Below, piece by piece: positions 32,982-45,858 of a stretch of DNA of 64,000 bases. The notes under the pieces were generated by a model. It was not told the DNA's origin. It saw only the letters and a list, made by a program, of their open reading frames with translations, and did not search any database. How positions within the stretch are numbered: the stretch's first letter is position 1; each line of letters opens with the position of its first letter. Source of the stretch: Amoebophrya sp. A120 (lineage: Eukaryota; Protista; Dinoflagellata); assembly GCA_905178155.1 (NCBI GenBank), contig CAJINV010000021.1:225760-289759 (forward strand). Reading direction: 5' to 3'. The position numbers and the translations under genes are program-made.

Positions 32982-34423
32982 AGAGATATTTACAGATCAT
33001 GTAAAATTCAACCCACTACCAGGCGAACTGTTTTCTGTCTTAGTCCCGCACCGATGCGTAACAGTCCCAAGTAGCTGCTCCACAGATGCACGGCAAGCGT
33101 ACTACAATGAGTTAGTACAGGGCAAGTTGAAAAGCACGCCGCACTGCTGTCGCAGGACAGCAGCACTAGCACTCAGGCTGCAACTAGCATCCTTGAACCT
33201 AGGTGGTGTGTATGCAATACCCGAGTTCAATATGAACAGGATAGCGGACCACTTTGGGTGGACCCGCAAGACAGCAAGAAGAAACTTCCTGCGCTACACT
33301 AAAGATTACAAGATGCATGTTAAAAGTGAATTTTTCTTCCCGAAAGAGACCACAAACTGGATTCTTGAGGGCCTGTTTGTAGTAGACTCAGACTGGCTCG
33401 GCTTTGATGCGGCAACCGCCATGCACTACCAAGCCGCAGCAGGAAAAGACATTGCACTTGTGTACAATGCAGAACAACAGATGCTACAGGTGCAGCGTCA
33501 GCTAGTGTTTCTCAATCAATTTCAGTAAAGTAAAAATCCCATGCCTGGCCAGAAGGCCCACTGTGCGCACCATCGTGCGCTCTCTCAAGGGTGTTCATCC
33601 CAGACCTGTGAAGCACTATTGGCAAGCTAGATCTTGGATGCCCACTGGGTCGTACTGTAGACATGATCACTACCAGTTAGTTTCATGTAGTAGTGCTCAT
33701 TTCGTACTGTGAAGATCTATCGTGATCGTGCTACGCAGTTCTGGCCCAATGCTGTTGGGATGTTGGTCGCGTTGTGCGTGCCCGCAACGCTCCAGTTGCA
33801 TCCTCGAATGAGATTTGGTCTGTGTGAATATCGGATCCTCTCACTGTTTGTCCACGCTGAGATGTATAATAATTCTGCTTTACCCACCACCACGGCCACA
33901 AGCTCCTAGTGTGATTCAGAACAAATCTTGCGAAAAAAATTATTGATACATCGTATGAAGTTACCCAGAAAAAAACAAGATCTGTTTCTGTGTACTGAAT
34001 CACACCGCGGCGCTGGTGTTATAATCGTATCGTAAAAATAAAGAAGAATTATCCTGCTGAACTCACCCCGAAAATCTTGAACTTGAAATTTTTTTGCCCA
34101 GTCTTGGTCCATAACGCATTCCTGTTATTGACTCCACAATTTTCATCTTCACGTCCAGCTTTTTGGAACGAAGAACAAACGGTTCCTGATCAACGTCGAA
34201 CAAAAAGCCTTGCACGACACCATATCCACCATTGCAGCGAAGAACCTTCACAAATCTAAAGAACTGAAAAAACCCTTTAGATTTCGTGTGTCAGCAACCA
34301 CAGCAAGCTTTGTCAAAACTACACTTTTTGATAAAGCCATTTTCGACGTCCAAGAAGCATAATTCAACTTGCAAGAATATTTTATCGATAATTTCAGATC
34401 TGTGAAACATCTGAAATTTCAAA

Positions 34424-36249
34424 ATGGCGGACGCAACGGCTGATCAGGAGAAGTACACAGAGGTTCTGAACGAGCTGATTCCCTACATTTCCGAGTTTGT
34501 GGACGGAAATGGGGGGTTGGCTTCGCTTTCCCTTTTGTCCCAGGACCCGCACGTCAAGTCCCTGCAGGCGATGATCCCGGCGCGGTACGACAAGAAGCTG
34601 ACGAAGATTTTGGAGCAGTACAAGGACTTTTTCCAGTGCCTGGAGGGCGGGCGCGTGGCCACCTACAAGGCCTACGAATCGGGGTTGATCGACGAGGAGG
34701 GCCGGGTGAAAAACGTGTCTGCGAAAGCGAAGACCAAGATGAAGCAGGTGGTCACCATTCTGCCGGTGGGCGAGGAGGCCCCCCCGGCGGAGGCCGCGGC
34801 CCCGGCCTTTTCGCCGCCGGAACCCGCGGCCGCTCCGGAAGCGTCGCTCAGTGGCAACGAGGGCGGCGCACCCACGGGCGGCCCCGTGGAACACGCGTTT
34901 GACCCCACGGACGACAACTTGACGGATGAGATGGTATTATTGAACCATGCACGAATATCCTAGCAAGCGGGTTTCGCAATTTCAATATGGGCATTGTGTG
35001 AGAAGTCTACGTGAGCTGCGTGCCCAACGCTGTATGCAAAACATGATTTTTTTAATTGTCTTCCTCGTTGTCCTTGGTGAGAAGAAAGGGGTTGTTAAAA
35101 CAGAAATGGATGTCCTGTTCTACTTCCAAAAAAAAACCAAAACAGGGCCATGAAGTGACACTAATGGATTTGATGGACCAGCTGGGCGCGGCTGTTTTTT
35201 TGGAGGACGGGTCCCAGTTTGTTCAGCTCATTCAGAAGATGCGCCGAATCCGCAAGGAGACATTTGGTATTTCTATTTTTTTGAAACTGATGATAAAACA
35301 TAAAATTCTTCGGGTTTTTGCTTCGTTCTCCTGATGCATTTGCATATGCATGACGGGAAGTCGATATTCATGAAGCAGTATGAGAAATGAAAAGGTTGAT
35401 TTGGATCTCCACCAGGTTTCGACGATGACTCCGTGTTCGCCCGCGTGTTTGGTCCCACCCGGCCCAACGCGAACCGCATGGTGGTCACGGGTGGCAGCGC
35501 CGTCCCCGGTCAGGTGAACTCCCTGAAACGCCAGGCGCAGGCCTACGACCCAAATGGCCCGCGCATGACCGTGCCTTCCAGCGTGGAGCTCGCGGCCCCG
35601 CGCAACCCGGCCGAACGGAACGAGCGACTGACTTTGGTGACGCGAGAGATGGTGAACCGCTTGCGCGAGGCACCGGGAAAGATGCTCACGGTGATTGAGC
35701 TCACACAAATCCCGAAGATCCAGTTGTTGAAGAAAGGTATTAGTTGTATGCCAGAGTTAGAGCTGCAGAAGTACGTTCATTCTCCACATTTTCAGTGTTT
35801 ATTCCGTCGCGCTTTGATGATGATGCAATTAGGTACGTCACATCTGCTTTGCATGATAAGGTATTAAAATTCGTTTACAACTAGTGTAGTACGTCTAGTG
35901 CACTTTCTTGATGAAGCGCAGCCGGGAGGACCACTTCATCTCCACGACTCTGTCAGGTATCATTTCGAAATTCACGCTGTTCCTGAACCAGAACCAGGAT
36001 AAGTTCCAACTCGCGAGAAACCCGGAGGGCGAGAACAAATCGGATGTGGTCACGTTGATTATGGACGAGGTTGCGGTGGACGAACTGCTGACGGGCACGT
36101 TTGACCTGGACAACCAGTACACGGATATGTTCCCGGAACTCTCACTCGCCGGGCCGAACGCGCCGGGCACCGGGCTGGCGAAGAAGTTCCAGAAGAAGGG
36201 TACTGGAAAAAAGGGCGGAAAGGGCTACGGCTACGGTGGGTATTACTAG
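34424..36249 (+). CDS. Hypothetical protein, possibly two LOTUS/winged-helix-like repeats, 4 exons
   Basis: Exons 34424-34933, 35146-35266, 35416-35736, 35957-36249 with phase-matched GT-AG introns and strong GC3 bias. Domain call is tentative. Confidence 0.75.
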
Positions 36250-38230
36250 ATACGGAGAAGTAGAACAAGTAGTGCCACTACCGCGACGACGACCTCCTCC
36301 GCAGAATCGCTCTCAGCAAAAGAACGGAGTATTATGACACTGTCATTATATCACTTGATTGACTAATCTTATCACGAGAAGAAAACAAGAATGAAAACTA
36401 TAACACGACGAAAATTTTTATCCTGTATTGCATACAAAGAGTCTCCTGTAGTTGCGGGGAATATCTGACAACGAAAAAAAACGTGGTCACTTTGGACGAC
36501 CACGTGAGGCCTGGAGGTCGCGTAGACCAAACTTTATTGACACCAGTATGCACCAACGGAGATGATACGATTCTGAACATCAAATGGCGACTCAGATGGC
36601 GGAACAATAATCTTAGCTTGACATCATGATCAAGTGTAGTTTTCACCAGCGACACCGAGAGCTTTTCCATTTTCCCATTTTCCGGAATTTTTTCACAACA
36701 CCTTTTTTTTTCGCTTTTCCCCGGGAGCGCGAGCTTGCTCCCGACCTTGCTCTAGGTCAATGTAGTTTTTCGAGTCATCTTAAAGTACACTGAGAATGAA
36801 CCAACTTCAACACAACAACTGATTTGATTGCAATAGAAAATGTACGTGCTCAGAAGTTTTTTAGAAATGGCTTTGTTTTTTGTCCACCTTAAACCGATCC
36901 CAATAGATACCCCGTAGGAGCACCCGAATCTGCACTAGCGCGCGAGGTACAAAAAGAGGCTTCAGGCTTATGTCGCTGTAGATGCAACAAGAGAACAAGT
37001 ACGGGGATGCTAGATGAGACGCATTAGCAGTACATAGCTTGAAGTATCGGAGGTGGTTGGTACGAATCTCCTTGCTGATGCTTAGAAACCACAAATTTCG
37101 AGCTGTAGGGAGCTTTTTTCAGCTACAGCCTTTTATGAGGTCAAGCTCCGACTTCTTATGCGAAGTAGGAAAATATTAAAAGGACCGATCTGGGCTGGTC
37201 AGCCTTGTTGTTTCTCATCCTGCGAAAGCTCCAGGCAGACACTGTTCTACTTACTTTCTTTGTAGCTAAGGTTTTTTCGCCGCAGCTCCCACGACGACCT
37301 TTGTCGCGCTGATCGGGCGAAGTACTACATCTGGAATAAACGGCTTCCGGTAGTTCTTGCTTTTTCGCTTCCTATTGCTTCTTTTTGTGAAGATTCAGAA
37401 CGAACTTTGATGTGTAACTTCACCGTTGTGAGTTGGTAGGTTTGATTGTGGTCTTGGGAGGTCTTCTTTGAATTATTGGTCACCCTCTTCTTCCTTCCGT
37501 TTGCCGTTCGGAGAACCGCTGTTGAGCAAATAAAAAGCGATGAAGCGGTCTTACAGAGGATACTTACAATACGAGCTGGTTGCGTTTGAAGTTGTTGCTT
37601 TTGGAAGAACGACCGGGTCGTCGCCAGCGCCACGAATGCCCACAAAAACGAGAATAATGAATAAAAGCTCGAGCAAAAACCTGTACGCAGAAGAGTTTAT
37701 TGTCAGGAGCCGTTGGGCTTGGGCTGAACCGCGGCAACGGGAGGCCAATGTAGCGTAATAAACAGAATGTTTCATTGTGCGCTTTCTCGTAGGAGCAGAA
37801 GGAGCTCACACGTCACCCATGCTGCTTCTCGTGAGCACCTTTTGTGCTCCTCCAGATATATCGGTCCTCGACTGCTAGCACACCCTGAGAGTGGTCGCCA
37901 TTTGCAGAGTTGCGAGTAGCTGTAGCGGGAAATAGTTTTTCTTTTTCAGGAAAGAGGCACGCGTGCGCTTCTTCTTCTAAGGTTGAATGAAAGTGATATG
38001 CGCAGAGGACGACTCTGCTGTGCCAGTGCCCGTGAGTGTGAGTGTAGAAGTTAAAAAGGAGCTGACAAGGCATTATCTTAATCTTACTTGCGAGAGATTT
38101 GGATATGGAAGTGACATGTCGTGCGTGGTCCTTCGCACCGCCCTGCTTACTATTGGAGGTATTTTCTATTTCTGTAAGCAGCAGCTTCTGGTTCTGCTAC
38201 AGGCAGCCGCAGCATTGCAAATAAAAAACG

Positions 38231-38887
38231 ATGTCCTCCACGACCTCCAACCGCAACCTCGACGCCATCTGTTCCAACTTCATGCCCCTGCTTGCGGTCT
38301 ACCGCAGGAACAGACAGCCTCTGCCGACGGATTTATTGAAGTACATCCTGCTAGTTCTGCTCGAAGCCGACCGGCTGAACTTGGCACGGAAAGTGTTCAA
38401 CGAGTGGGAGGCAAGAAGTGTGGCGAGGCTGCGGGCGGGAAGTCGAAGAGCTAATGGTTGTGAAGGTGAAGAGCAGCCCGAAGGTCGTGCCACCCTGCCC
38501 ACGACACCGACCTCATCTCCGAAAGTGGACGACGAGTTGCGGTGGTTGATCCTAGCCCTTTTTCCGGGTTGCCTGGACAAATGTGAAAAGTACGACCTTT
38601 GCGGACAGAATAAAACGAAGGAAACTTGTTCTCCAGCAGGATCATCATCAGCGTCTTCACACCATGACGACATGAACGGCGACGGAAAAGCGTCTGCGAT
38701 GAAGATGCGATCTGTTTGGCGCGCCATGAAAGCCGCGACTGTGCCCGGGGACGACGACGAGCCCCCACGGCACGACGGGGACGAGGAGCAAGGGGTGTCA
38801 GAGGAAGAGTTAGCGGAGAAAAGGAGAAACGAGGATGAAGACTTTGCTGCAGCGCTAGCGGCGTTGGTTGATGAGGACAAAGAGTGA
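38231..38887 (+). CDS. Hypothetical protein, probable last exon
   Basis: 218-codon coding-like ORF; upstream exons (~37.3-38.1 kb) not resolved. Confidence 0.5.
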   Translation: MSSTTSNRNLDAICSNFMPLLAVYRRNRQPLPTDLLKYILLVLLEADRLNLARKVFNEWEARSVARLRAGSRRANGCEGEEQPEGRATLPTTPTSSPKVDDELRWLILALFPGCLDKCEKYDLCGQNKTKETCSPAGSSSASSHHDDMNGDGKASAMKMRSVWRAMKAATVPGDDDEPPRHDGDEEQGVSEEELAEKRRNEDEDFAAALAALVDEDKE

Positions 38888-39842
38888 AAAATGTATGATA
38901 TTAATGCGGTTGCCGGTGCAGCTGCAGTTGCACATCAGTAAGTGGGAGCTTCCTCAATGCATTTACTTGTTTCATCAGGGAGAAAAAACCACATGCATGA
39001 GATTCACGAAGCACTGGCTGTTGATTTAGGTTCTTCTCCGTTTGTTTGTGAAATTCAAAATTTTCTTTTGTCTGCGAAACGCATCGAAGTGATCTCTTTT
39101 TGTTGTCTGCGAAACACACACGTCCTGGTCCTGAATCGACGCTCATTTGTTGCACTTCTCCATGGTCAGCATGATGCTGTTGATCGAACGGCAGAGCACC
39201 ATGGAGCTCTACGACTAGGTTGTTCTTTTCATGCCATGGCGCGGTCAAACTCAAACTCTCAAACTTCACGCTCACAACTTCGATTCTCTCATCGATCTTG
39301 ACTGAAAGTCGATGCAGGTGGCGCTAGCTTGTGGTTGAGTAGTTCTCATTTTTTGTCTTCGCTGTCTTTTCCTTCTTGTTTTAATCTCACGTACATGTTT
39401 TTTTCTTTGTTCCAGGAAGCGGAATGCCAATGCGGGACTGACACGATGCCACGACCAGGTCCTTTTTGCTGTTTATCATTCTGTGCGATCATCCAATTCC
39501 ATTTCCACGCCATCACTATCACTCAACTGCAGCACGAGCAAGACCCGTTGCCCTCGATCTATTTTTGAAGAGCCGATCAAAACCAGCTTGGAAATTGAAA
39601 TCCTTGACATACTTCTGTTGCATCGCCGTTACAAGCATCATGGAGAGTTAGAATAGTACTAGCCACCGCTTTATCGACTGTCCGTCACCGTCTAATTCTT
39701 AGTATTCGAATGAAGATACGGTGGAGTGTTGAGCTTTGCTAACAAGTAGGTTTACGTCCATATTACCCATCTTTTTCTTTACCTATTCAGTTCACCTGAG
39801 TATCACAATCCTCGCAATAATTAAAACGCCGGAAAAATAAAT

Positions 39843-40495
39843 ATGGAAGAAGTTGACGATCTCGGAGACGGGTTTTTCGTCCGTCTGCTCCAGGTCGTTT
39901 CTTGGTTTTTAGTCGTTCTTTTTTCCGTCCCCGCCGCCTGCCTCGCGGTATACCAGGTCCTGACGCTCTACTTGCCCTACACGCTCGCGAGAATAACGGG
40001 GAATGCGGATTACAGGTATCATACGTCCGTGTGGAAACTGTAGCTCCAACTTTCCAGGCCACTTGCGATACGAAATAGTACCCCATTTTTGTTGCACCGG
40101 CTCAAACGACAAGGAACTATTTTGACCGATGCAAAAGCAAAACTAAACTAACATCGTCCAGGTTTCCAGATTACATGTACACAGTATGGGGCGACGACTT
40201 GACAGACCTGACGATCGAGCATTGGGGGTAAGCTTTGGTACTGGTGCAGGTTCGAAGAGATTCTATTCGTGAACAGTACACAGAGCTTTTTTCGCACGCA
40301 TTTGAGCATCCCAAGAAAGAAAGCAAATCAAAGCTGCAACCGTCCTCATTTAGTACACCTACACACCATTTGCACAGGTACCTCGCATGTTGCGTCGGAG
40401 TGACACTATTTTCAGCAGTTTACGTCATCCCGGATACGCCATGGTCGGACAGGAGAGGGGTGGTAGAGGAAGATGCGGATAAGAAGGATCAGTAG
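39843..40495 (+). CDS. Small membrane protein, 118 aa, 3 exons
   Basis: Exons 39843-40015, 40162-40227, 40378-40495; phase-2 GT-AG introns; two hydrophobic segments. Confidence 0.7.
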
Positions 40496-41342
40496 GTGCT
40501 TGTTCCTCGTCGGGAGAGGTTTTTATACACGGAGATGGACGCTGAGCTTGTTTTTCAGAGAATTCAGAAAAGCCACCAGTGGCAGCTGTGACTCTTTGTA
40601 CCTGGTAATGCTACCGGGGCGACAGGTTAGTTGTACGGCTATTGTCGAAGCTGCAGCACAGGAATACTCATGAACGATGTAAAACTTCATAAGGACGTGA
40701 ATGATGAAAGCGCCCCTAGTCTTTGCAAAGCAATGCCTTCCCACACGATTTTTTTTCGTGTTCGAGAAATGATGGTGATGATATTTCGGTTGAAGTTCCA
40801 ATTGCTCGCATTGATCTCGGCATACGGATGCGCTTTGGTCTTTCTCAATTTGTCTGTAGTCAAAGTGAAGGGATAAGTCGATGTCGCGTCGTGTTTCCGG
40901 TTTTGGTTTTCCTGGAGCAGGAAGCTGGAAATGAAACCTCTCTAGTATACAGCTCCACATTTTTCGTGTGGCAAGCGCAAGATGCATTGCACTACAAAAG
41001 CGGTACCTGAACCTGATCATGAATGTGAACATAGTAAGCAGGCTGTTTGTCTTGGAAGATCAACGATCAAAATGAATATTTTGATTTTTGTTGTGACACT
41101 TACGTAAAGAAGATGACAGAAAGAAGATAAAAAAAAGCAGTCCACAAAAGCTGTTCATCCATCTCATACGCTCCGCTACAGTAGTTTTGATTACTTACGG
41201 CTTTTTCGCGAAAGAAAATTGATCGTTTGCGTCTTGTCTGTATTTTTGTATACGTTTGTTTGTGGTCGTCCACCTCCACATATTGCATTCTCAAGTTTTC
41301 TGAATATTGGTTCGTAGGACTCGGACAATTTCGAATGTGATC

Positions 41343-41894
41343 ATGTCATCTGCAGCTTCGTCTTCATCATCAACATCGTCCGGCGCATCGGCAATGAATG
41401 GTAAACCGATTGTTCACGATCCCGCGGATGGCAAAGGCAAAGCCACGGAGTGGGTGCCAGCGTCAGTGGAGGTCGTGTGGTGGGCATTCATCTGGTGGTT
41501 GGACATTTGCTATGGTTGTGAAAACTTTTTTTGTAGATGTGCATTCCGTCCATTAACGTGGATTCTGGACAAATATAAGGATGTTTGTATTGACCAACTT
41601 GAAGTTGAAATAGAAAATAGTCCCTCTGCCTTACATTTCTTGCTTTATGTATGACTTCATCATGATACGCCTGCAAGGCGCAAGGGCAAGGCATCGCCGA
41701 ATAGCATGAATGAAAGGGACGTTTATTCCTTCCATAGAAAGTGCGAACATTTTCGTGAGTTGCTGGGCGACGAAACGAGGCACGATGATGAAAAGACGCA
41801 ATCAGAAGCCAGCCCCGACGAGAATATTTTGACCATTCCAGTGTTTCACCGAGAGAACCCTTTTTCACCGGGAGTGGAGGGGTACGACGTGTGA
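41343..41894 (+). CDS. Hypothetical; possibly the 5' exons of the downstream dioxygenase gene
   Basis: MSSAASSS... ORF plus a same-frame ORF at 41706; junctions unresolved. Confidence 0.4.
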
Positions 41895-42147
41895 AACTGT
41901 CAGTGACCACGGGCGCTCCTGTTCGTTCAGGCTTACCCCTACTATTGCTTCTTAATTTGGGCTAGGTGTCATCTAGTTGCATCTAGACCTGTTGCGCTTT
42001 TACCTCCGCGTCATCCCGACTAGGGTTATCAAAAGGTAGCATCAAGGCTGAGTGTATGCAGTCTGGTATGCATATTTATGCAAAAACGGGAAAAGGATAT
42101 AGGAATTCAGAAATGAGAGGTTCATTACTTCTTGGTTCATCGAATAG

Positions 42148-45100
42148 GGGGAGAAGTACGGGTTTGACAGTTTTGCACCGCATATAATCCCCGGAAGGAC
42201 CACGTACGCGATCGTTACCGCCTCAAAGGCCGCAGTCCGGTCCTGGGCACGGAAGCACGGCAAGCAGGAGGGTGCCGGGCAGGCATGGACGAATTTGATG
42301 CGGTTGGTGAACCAAGTTGCGTCCGGGTCTGGTACGAGGCTGGTACGGGGCTCTGAGGAAGCGTGGAAAGACCGCTGCCGAGTTTGCTTGGTTCTTGCCC
42401 AGTGTGCAAGCCCGGTCTTCTATGCCGAGTTGGTCGATACGTTTGCCGGTACCTCTGCTGTGACGGCTTCAGAATTCGTTGAGAAGGCGAAGGCGCTGCT
42501 CCTTCGGGACGGGGCCGCGGAGGCCTACAAGCGAGCTGAGCGGCTTGCGACGCGACGCCCTGAGACACTCTCCGAAGGTTTTGCAGACGACTGGGCAATG
42601 TGTTTTGAAAAGCTTGAAGAGCATGCGGAGCTTCTTCGCAAGGAATTCATCATCATCAACGAGATTGGCGAGGAAAGCAGACATCAAATCGACCGTGCCG
42701 CTTTTTATCGTGCGTGTCTGCAGTGTCGCGGGGATATCGTATACAAAAATCATGCCCTGAGTTTCATATGCAAATTTTTACTTTTGGTTTTGGCTTTTCA
42801 CAGTTTTCCCCCACCACATAGGTTTCTATCATGAACTACTTAGTCGAGGTCGAAATAATGTTGTTCTGCTTCCTCATTCGTCGCTTAATCAGTTGGACAA
42901 CGAGCTGCAATTTTGCGTAGGGCTAAATTTTTGTCGTGATAAAAGACTTTGGAGCAAGTAAACTTTTCCTCCTTGTGCTCGAATCATACAAGCACGCCGG
43001 TGTTTCGAAGATTATACCCGCCGCTATATGTCAACGCAATTACGCACCTTTGACGTGTGGCAGTGCTCCAAAGAGGTTCGCGCAGTGGACGGCCGATAAT
43101 CTAGAGTTCTCGGACTTCGCATGTGATCCAGATTCGCGATTGCTGGCGCACCGAGCGTACTACGATAAGAGACTGCGCTCCGTAATCACGTCGGTGTACC
43201 TGCGTGTGGTGAGTTCGGCGAAGGACGGAAAGCGTCTGCATGCGAGGAAAATTTTCGGAGATAGACTGTGGACGTCGGTTCATGACATTACTTTGTATGT
43301 TCATTGGTCTATCGTGACACAAGCAGAACCCGCTTCATTCTCGACCGCGTTGTGCATGAGGTGGCCACTACATTCATCAGCATGGCGCTCTTATTTGCTA
43401 CAAGAAACAGTCTTGGAAGCCAATTGCACTTCGGTTGAGTCCTTCCTAGTGAGAATCTATTGAGTGCAGCAGCATCGGCCGAGCTGCCTCGGCTACTTAC
43501 ATGCTGTCGGATTCTTCATTGCTGTGATGTATTACTAGTAGAACACTTCTACTAGTGCTGCGAAAGAAAATGAATCTGCGTATGCGTTCGCAATTCTGAT
43601 TTGCAGCATGCATTTATTTAGCAAACAGACAATGCAGGGGGATGAGCTTATCCACGATATTCCTGGGAGAATTTGTGCATTGGTGGTTCTACGCCATGGA
43701 CGGAAATGTCGTGCAAGTGGAGAAGGAACAGTTTTCCGAGCTGGTGATACAGGCGCCCCCGTGCTCCACAGCCCGCCGGACAAAAGCAAAGCTCATCAAG
43801 AGGAAGGAGAAGATGTACGGTGAGAAATCGAACGGGGTGCCGGACTCCATCGTGTCGAACTGCAAAGGACGGGGCCAAAAACCTACAAGCGCGACAAACG
43901 GAAACAAGACAACTGACCGGCAAGGAACGATCGCCGAAAAAAGGGTGAAGAAAAGGGCGGCAACAGGAACCGAAGAAAGCGTTGATCCCTTGTCCGCAGC
44001 CTTTGCATCGCTAAGTGACCCTACGGCAAGCAAACGAGCTAGAAAAGCCACTGCAAATCGGAGCTTGGTTAAGGACGATGGATCCTCTTGTTCATCTACA
44101 TCTTCCTTGCTGACGACACCGAAGGAAAGAACTCCATTGGAGTCGTCGTCCGCGGACGCAACCAGCACAGCAGTGGCTGACAATCCAGCGAGAGAACCTC
44201 CAAGTGACAACACTCTGCATTCGATTTTGGACGACGTTTTTTCAGATGCGGATGCCGCAAGTGCGGAAGACGGAGTTCAGGATAGGGGACGCGTGGCGCA
44301 AAAGAAGCTTCGGCAGACACAGGTGGCCGGTACGGATGCTACGCTGTCACGCAGCGCTGCCTTCGGCGCTACCTGCCACTACTCGATCGGGTGCTCGATG
44401 ACGCGCGACACCACGAAGCTCATTACATCTGCTGGGCGCCGTGCCTGCTTGGAACTGACGGATTTTATGAACGCGCGCCGGAGAGAAATTCAGCAACTTA
44501 GCCTGTCGACGGCGCCCGGCGGTCCCTGTGCTAACGACTCAGAAGAAAAATCCTTGTTCACCTACAGCAGCATCAACGTGCATTTGAATGCGAAAACGCT
44601 TCCGCATATTGACGGCGGTAACCTCGGCGAGTCGGTGTTGGCGTCAGAAGGAAACTTCAGCGGTGGTGGACTATTCATTCATGACGCAGCCTTGGGGTTG
44701 GGTGATATAGACGCAAACCTGCCATTGGTCCACGAGCCAGTTGACTACAGATCGGTAGCTGTAGAAGTTTCTACGGAAATTGTGACCAGTAATGCCGAGA
44801 AGCGCAGGCTGTTCGGGAAAGATATCGAGAAGTGGCCCGAAATCCACGATATCAAGGAAATCAAGAGCAAAAAAAAGGGCAAGAAAAAAAATACCCAGCC
44901 GAACGCAGCCGTTGTTCCAACGCTTCGCCGCGGGGCCCGGTTTTTCATCATTGGTCGGGAGTTTAGCACCAAGGGCAAGCTCGTGCAGTTCAACGCCGCT
45001 CGGAATGTCCACGCTACGATGCCATGGACTGGCGACAGATACGCGGTCATTTTTTTCACGCACAGCAGCTTGCCGGGACTGCGAAATCGCCGGGGGCAAG

Positions 45101-45246
45101 GCGTCAACACTTTCCGAGCCTTCTTACTAGCGCTGCAAGAAATGGGCTTTCCGTTACCGGAAGCGCATTCGCCGAGCTGGCAGCAGATCTCGGATGCGGC
45201 AGCTGAGGTTATTGACCTCGTCAGTAGTTGTGACGAAGATCAGTAG
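42148..45246 (+). CDS. 2OG-Fe(II) dioxygenase (TET/JBP-like), paralog 1
   Basis: Exons ~42148-42734, 42947-43309, 43665-45246. Motifs YSSINVH...PHIDGGN...GNFSGGGL...HATMPWTGDRY (HxD...H...R). 5' end unresolved. Confidence 0.75.
42735..42941. mobile_element. Decayed TAT...ATA introner
   Basis: IR tatcgtatacaaaaat / atttttgtcgtgata; removal plus 5 nt gives CRG/DFGASK. Confidence 0.75.
43310..43659. mobile_element. Decayed TAT...ATA introner
   Basis: IR tatcgtgacacaagc / gcttatccacgata; removal plus 5 nt gives VHW/xGEFVHWW. Confidence 0.7.
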
Positions 45247-45858
45247 AAGGGAAGAAGATGAAGATTGTCGATCGTGTGACACGAATACACCTAGAACTGC
45301 TTGCTTAATGCGTATAGAGTTCAGGAACAACGGCACACCTCTAACTGTTGGCTACTAGCCTGGGGAAAAGCCTCTATTCTTGCAGAATCGTATTCGCGAA
45401 GGCGAGCACAAAGATGACTCATCATCAGTACGAAAACAAGGCACATGATCATCGTGTTTCACAATTATAGACCTCCCCACGACGAGCCATCAGTGAACTC
45501 AGCAACGGAGAAAGAGAAACAAGCCTGTTCACGCACAAAGCCAGTGGCAATCCAACTGCAACTCTATCTGATCATGATGACTTCAGCCTCTGGTTCTGCA
45601 TAAAGAAAACCAAGACTCGGTCGTTTTTCTCGTCCACCTCGTTGCCAATAATTTCAGTCGCGTTGATTCATATGTAATTTACTTCATTTGGCAGTACTTG
45701 CGTATGTTCATGTTGATCACCGACGTGTTCATCTTTCAGGAGGGTCGGACGCATTTAGTGCGGGAATAAGGCCTTCGCCTTGGTGTCCTTCCTCACAGAC
45801 TTGAGTGTTGATTTGTTCGTCTGTGTTTGGTTTGTTCTCCGAAGCAGGAACATAAAAA

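Larger units (their letters stand above)
21072..33528 (+). mobile_element. DIRS-type (tyrosine recombinase) retroelement-like cluster with introns and intronic ncRNAs
   Basis: Order Gag-like, small ORF, RT-RNase H, YR. Terminal repeats not found by eye, so limits are gene limits; may extend left to ~18.4 kb. Confidence 0.75.
31244..33528 (+). pseudogene. Tyrosine recombinase of the element, interrupted by a MITE
   Basis: Removing the gap duplication and the MITE gives WAEI/FTDHVKF in frame. Catalytic-type motifs TAFRISS (R), HVKF (K), PHCCRR (HxxR), HFGW...FLRY (Y). Confidence 0.8.

Noticed and set aside
18272-34400. ITRs or split direct repeats bounding the DIRS-like element
   Set aside because: None found by eye; a self dot-plot is needed.
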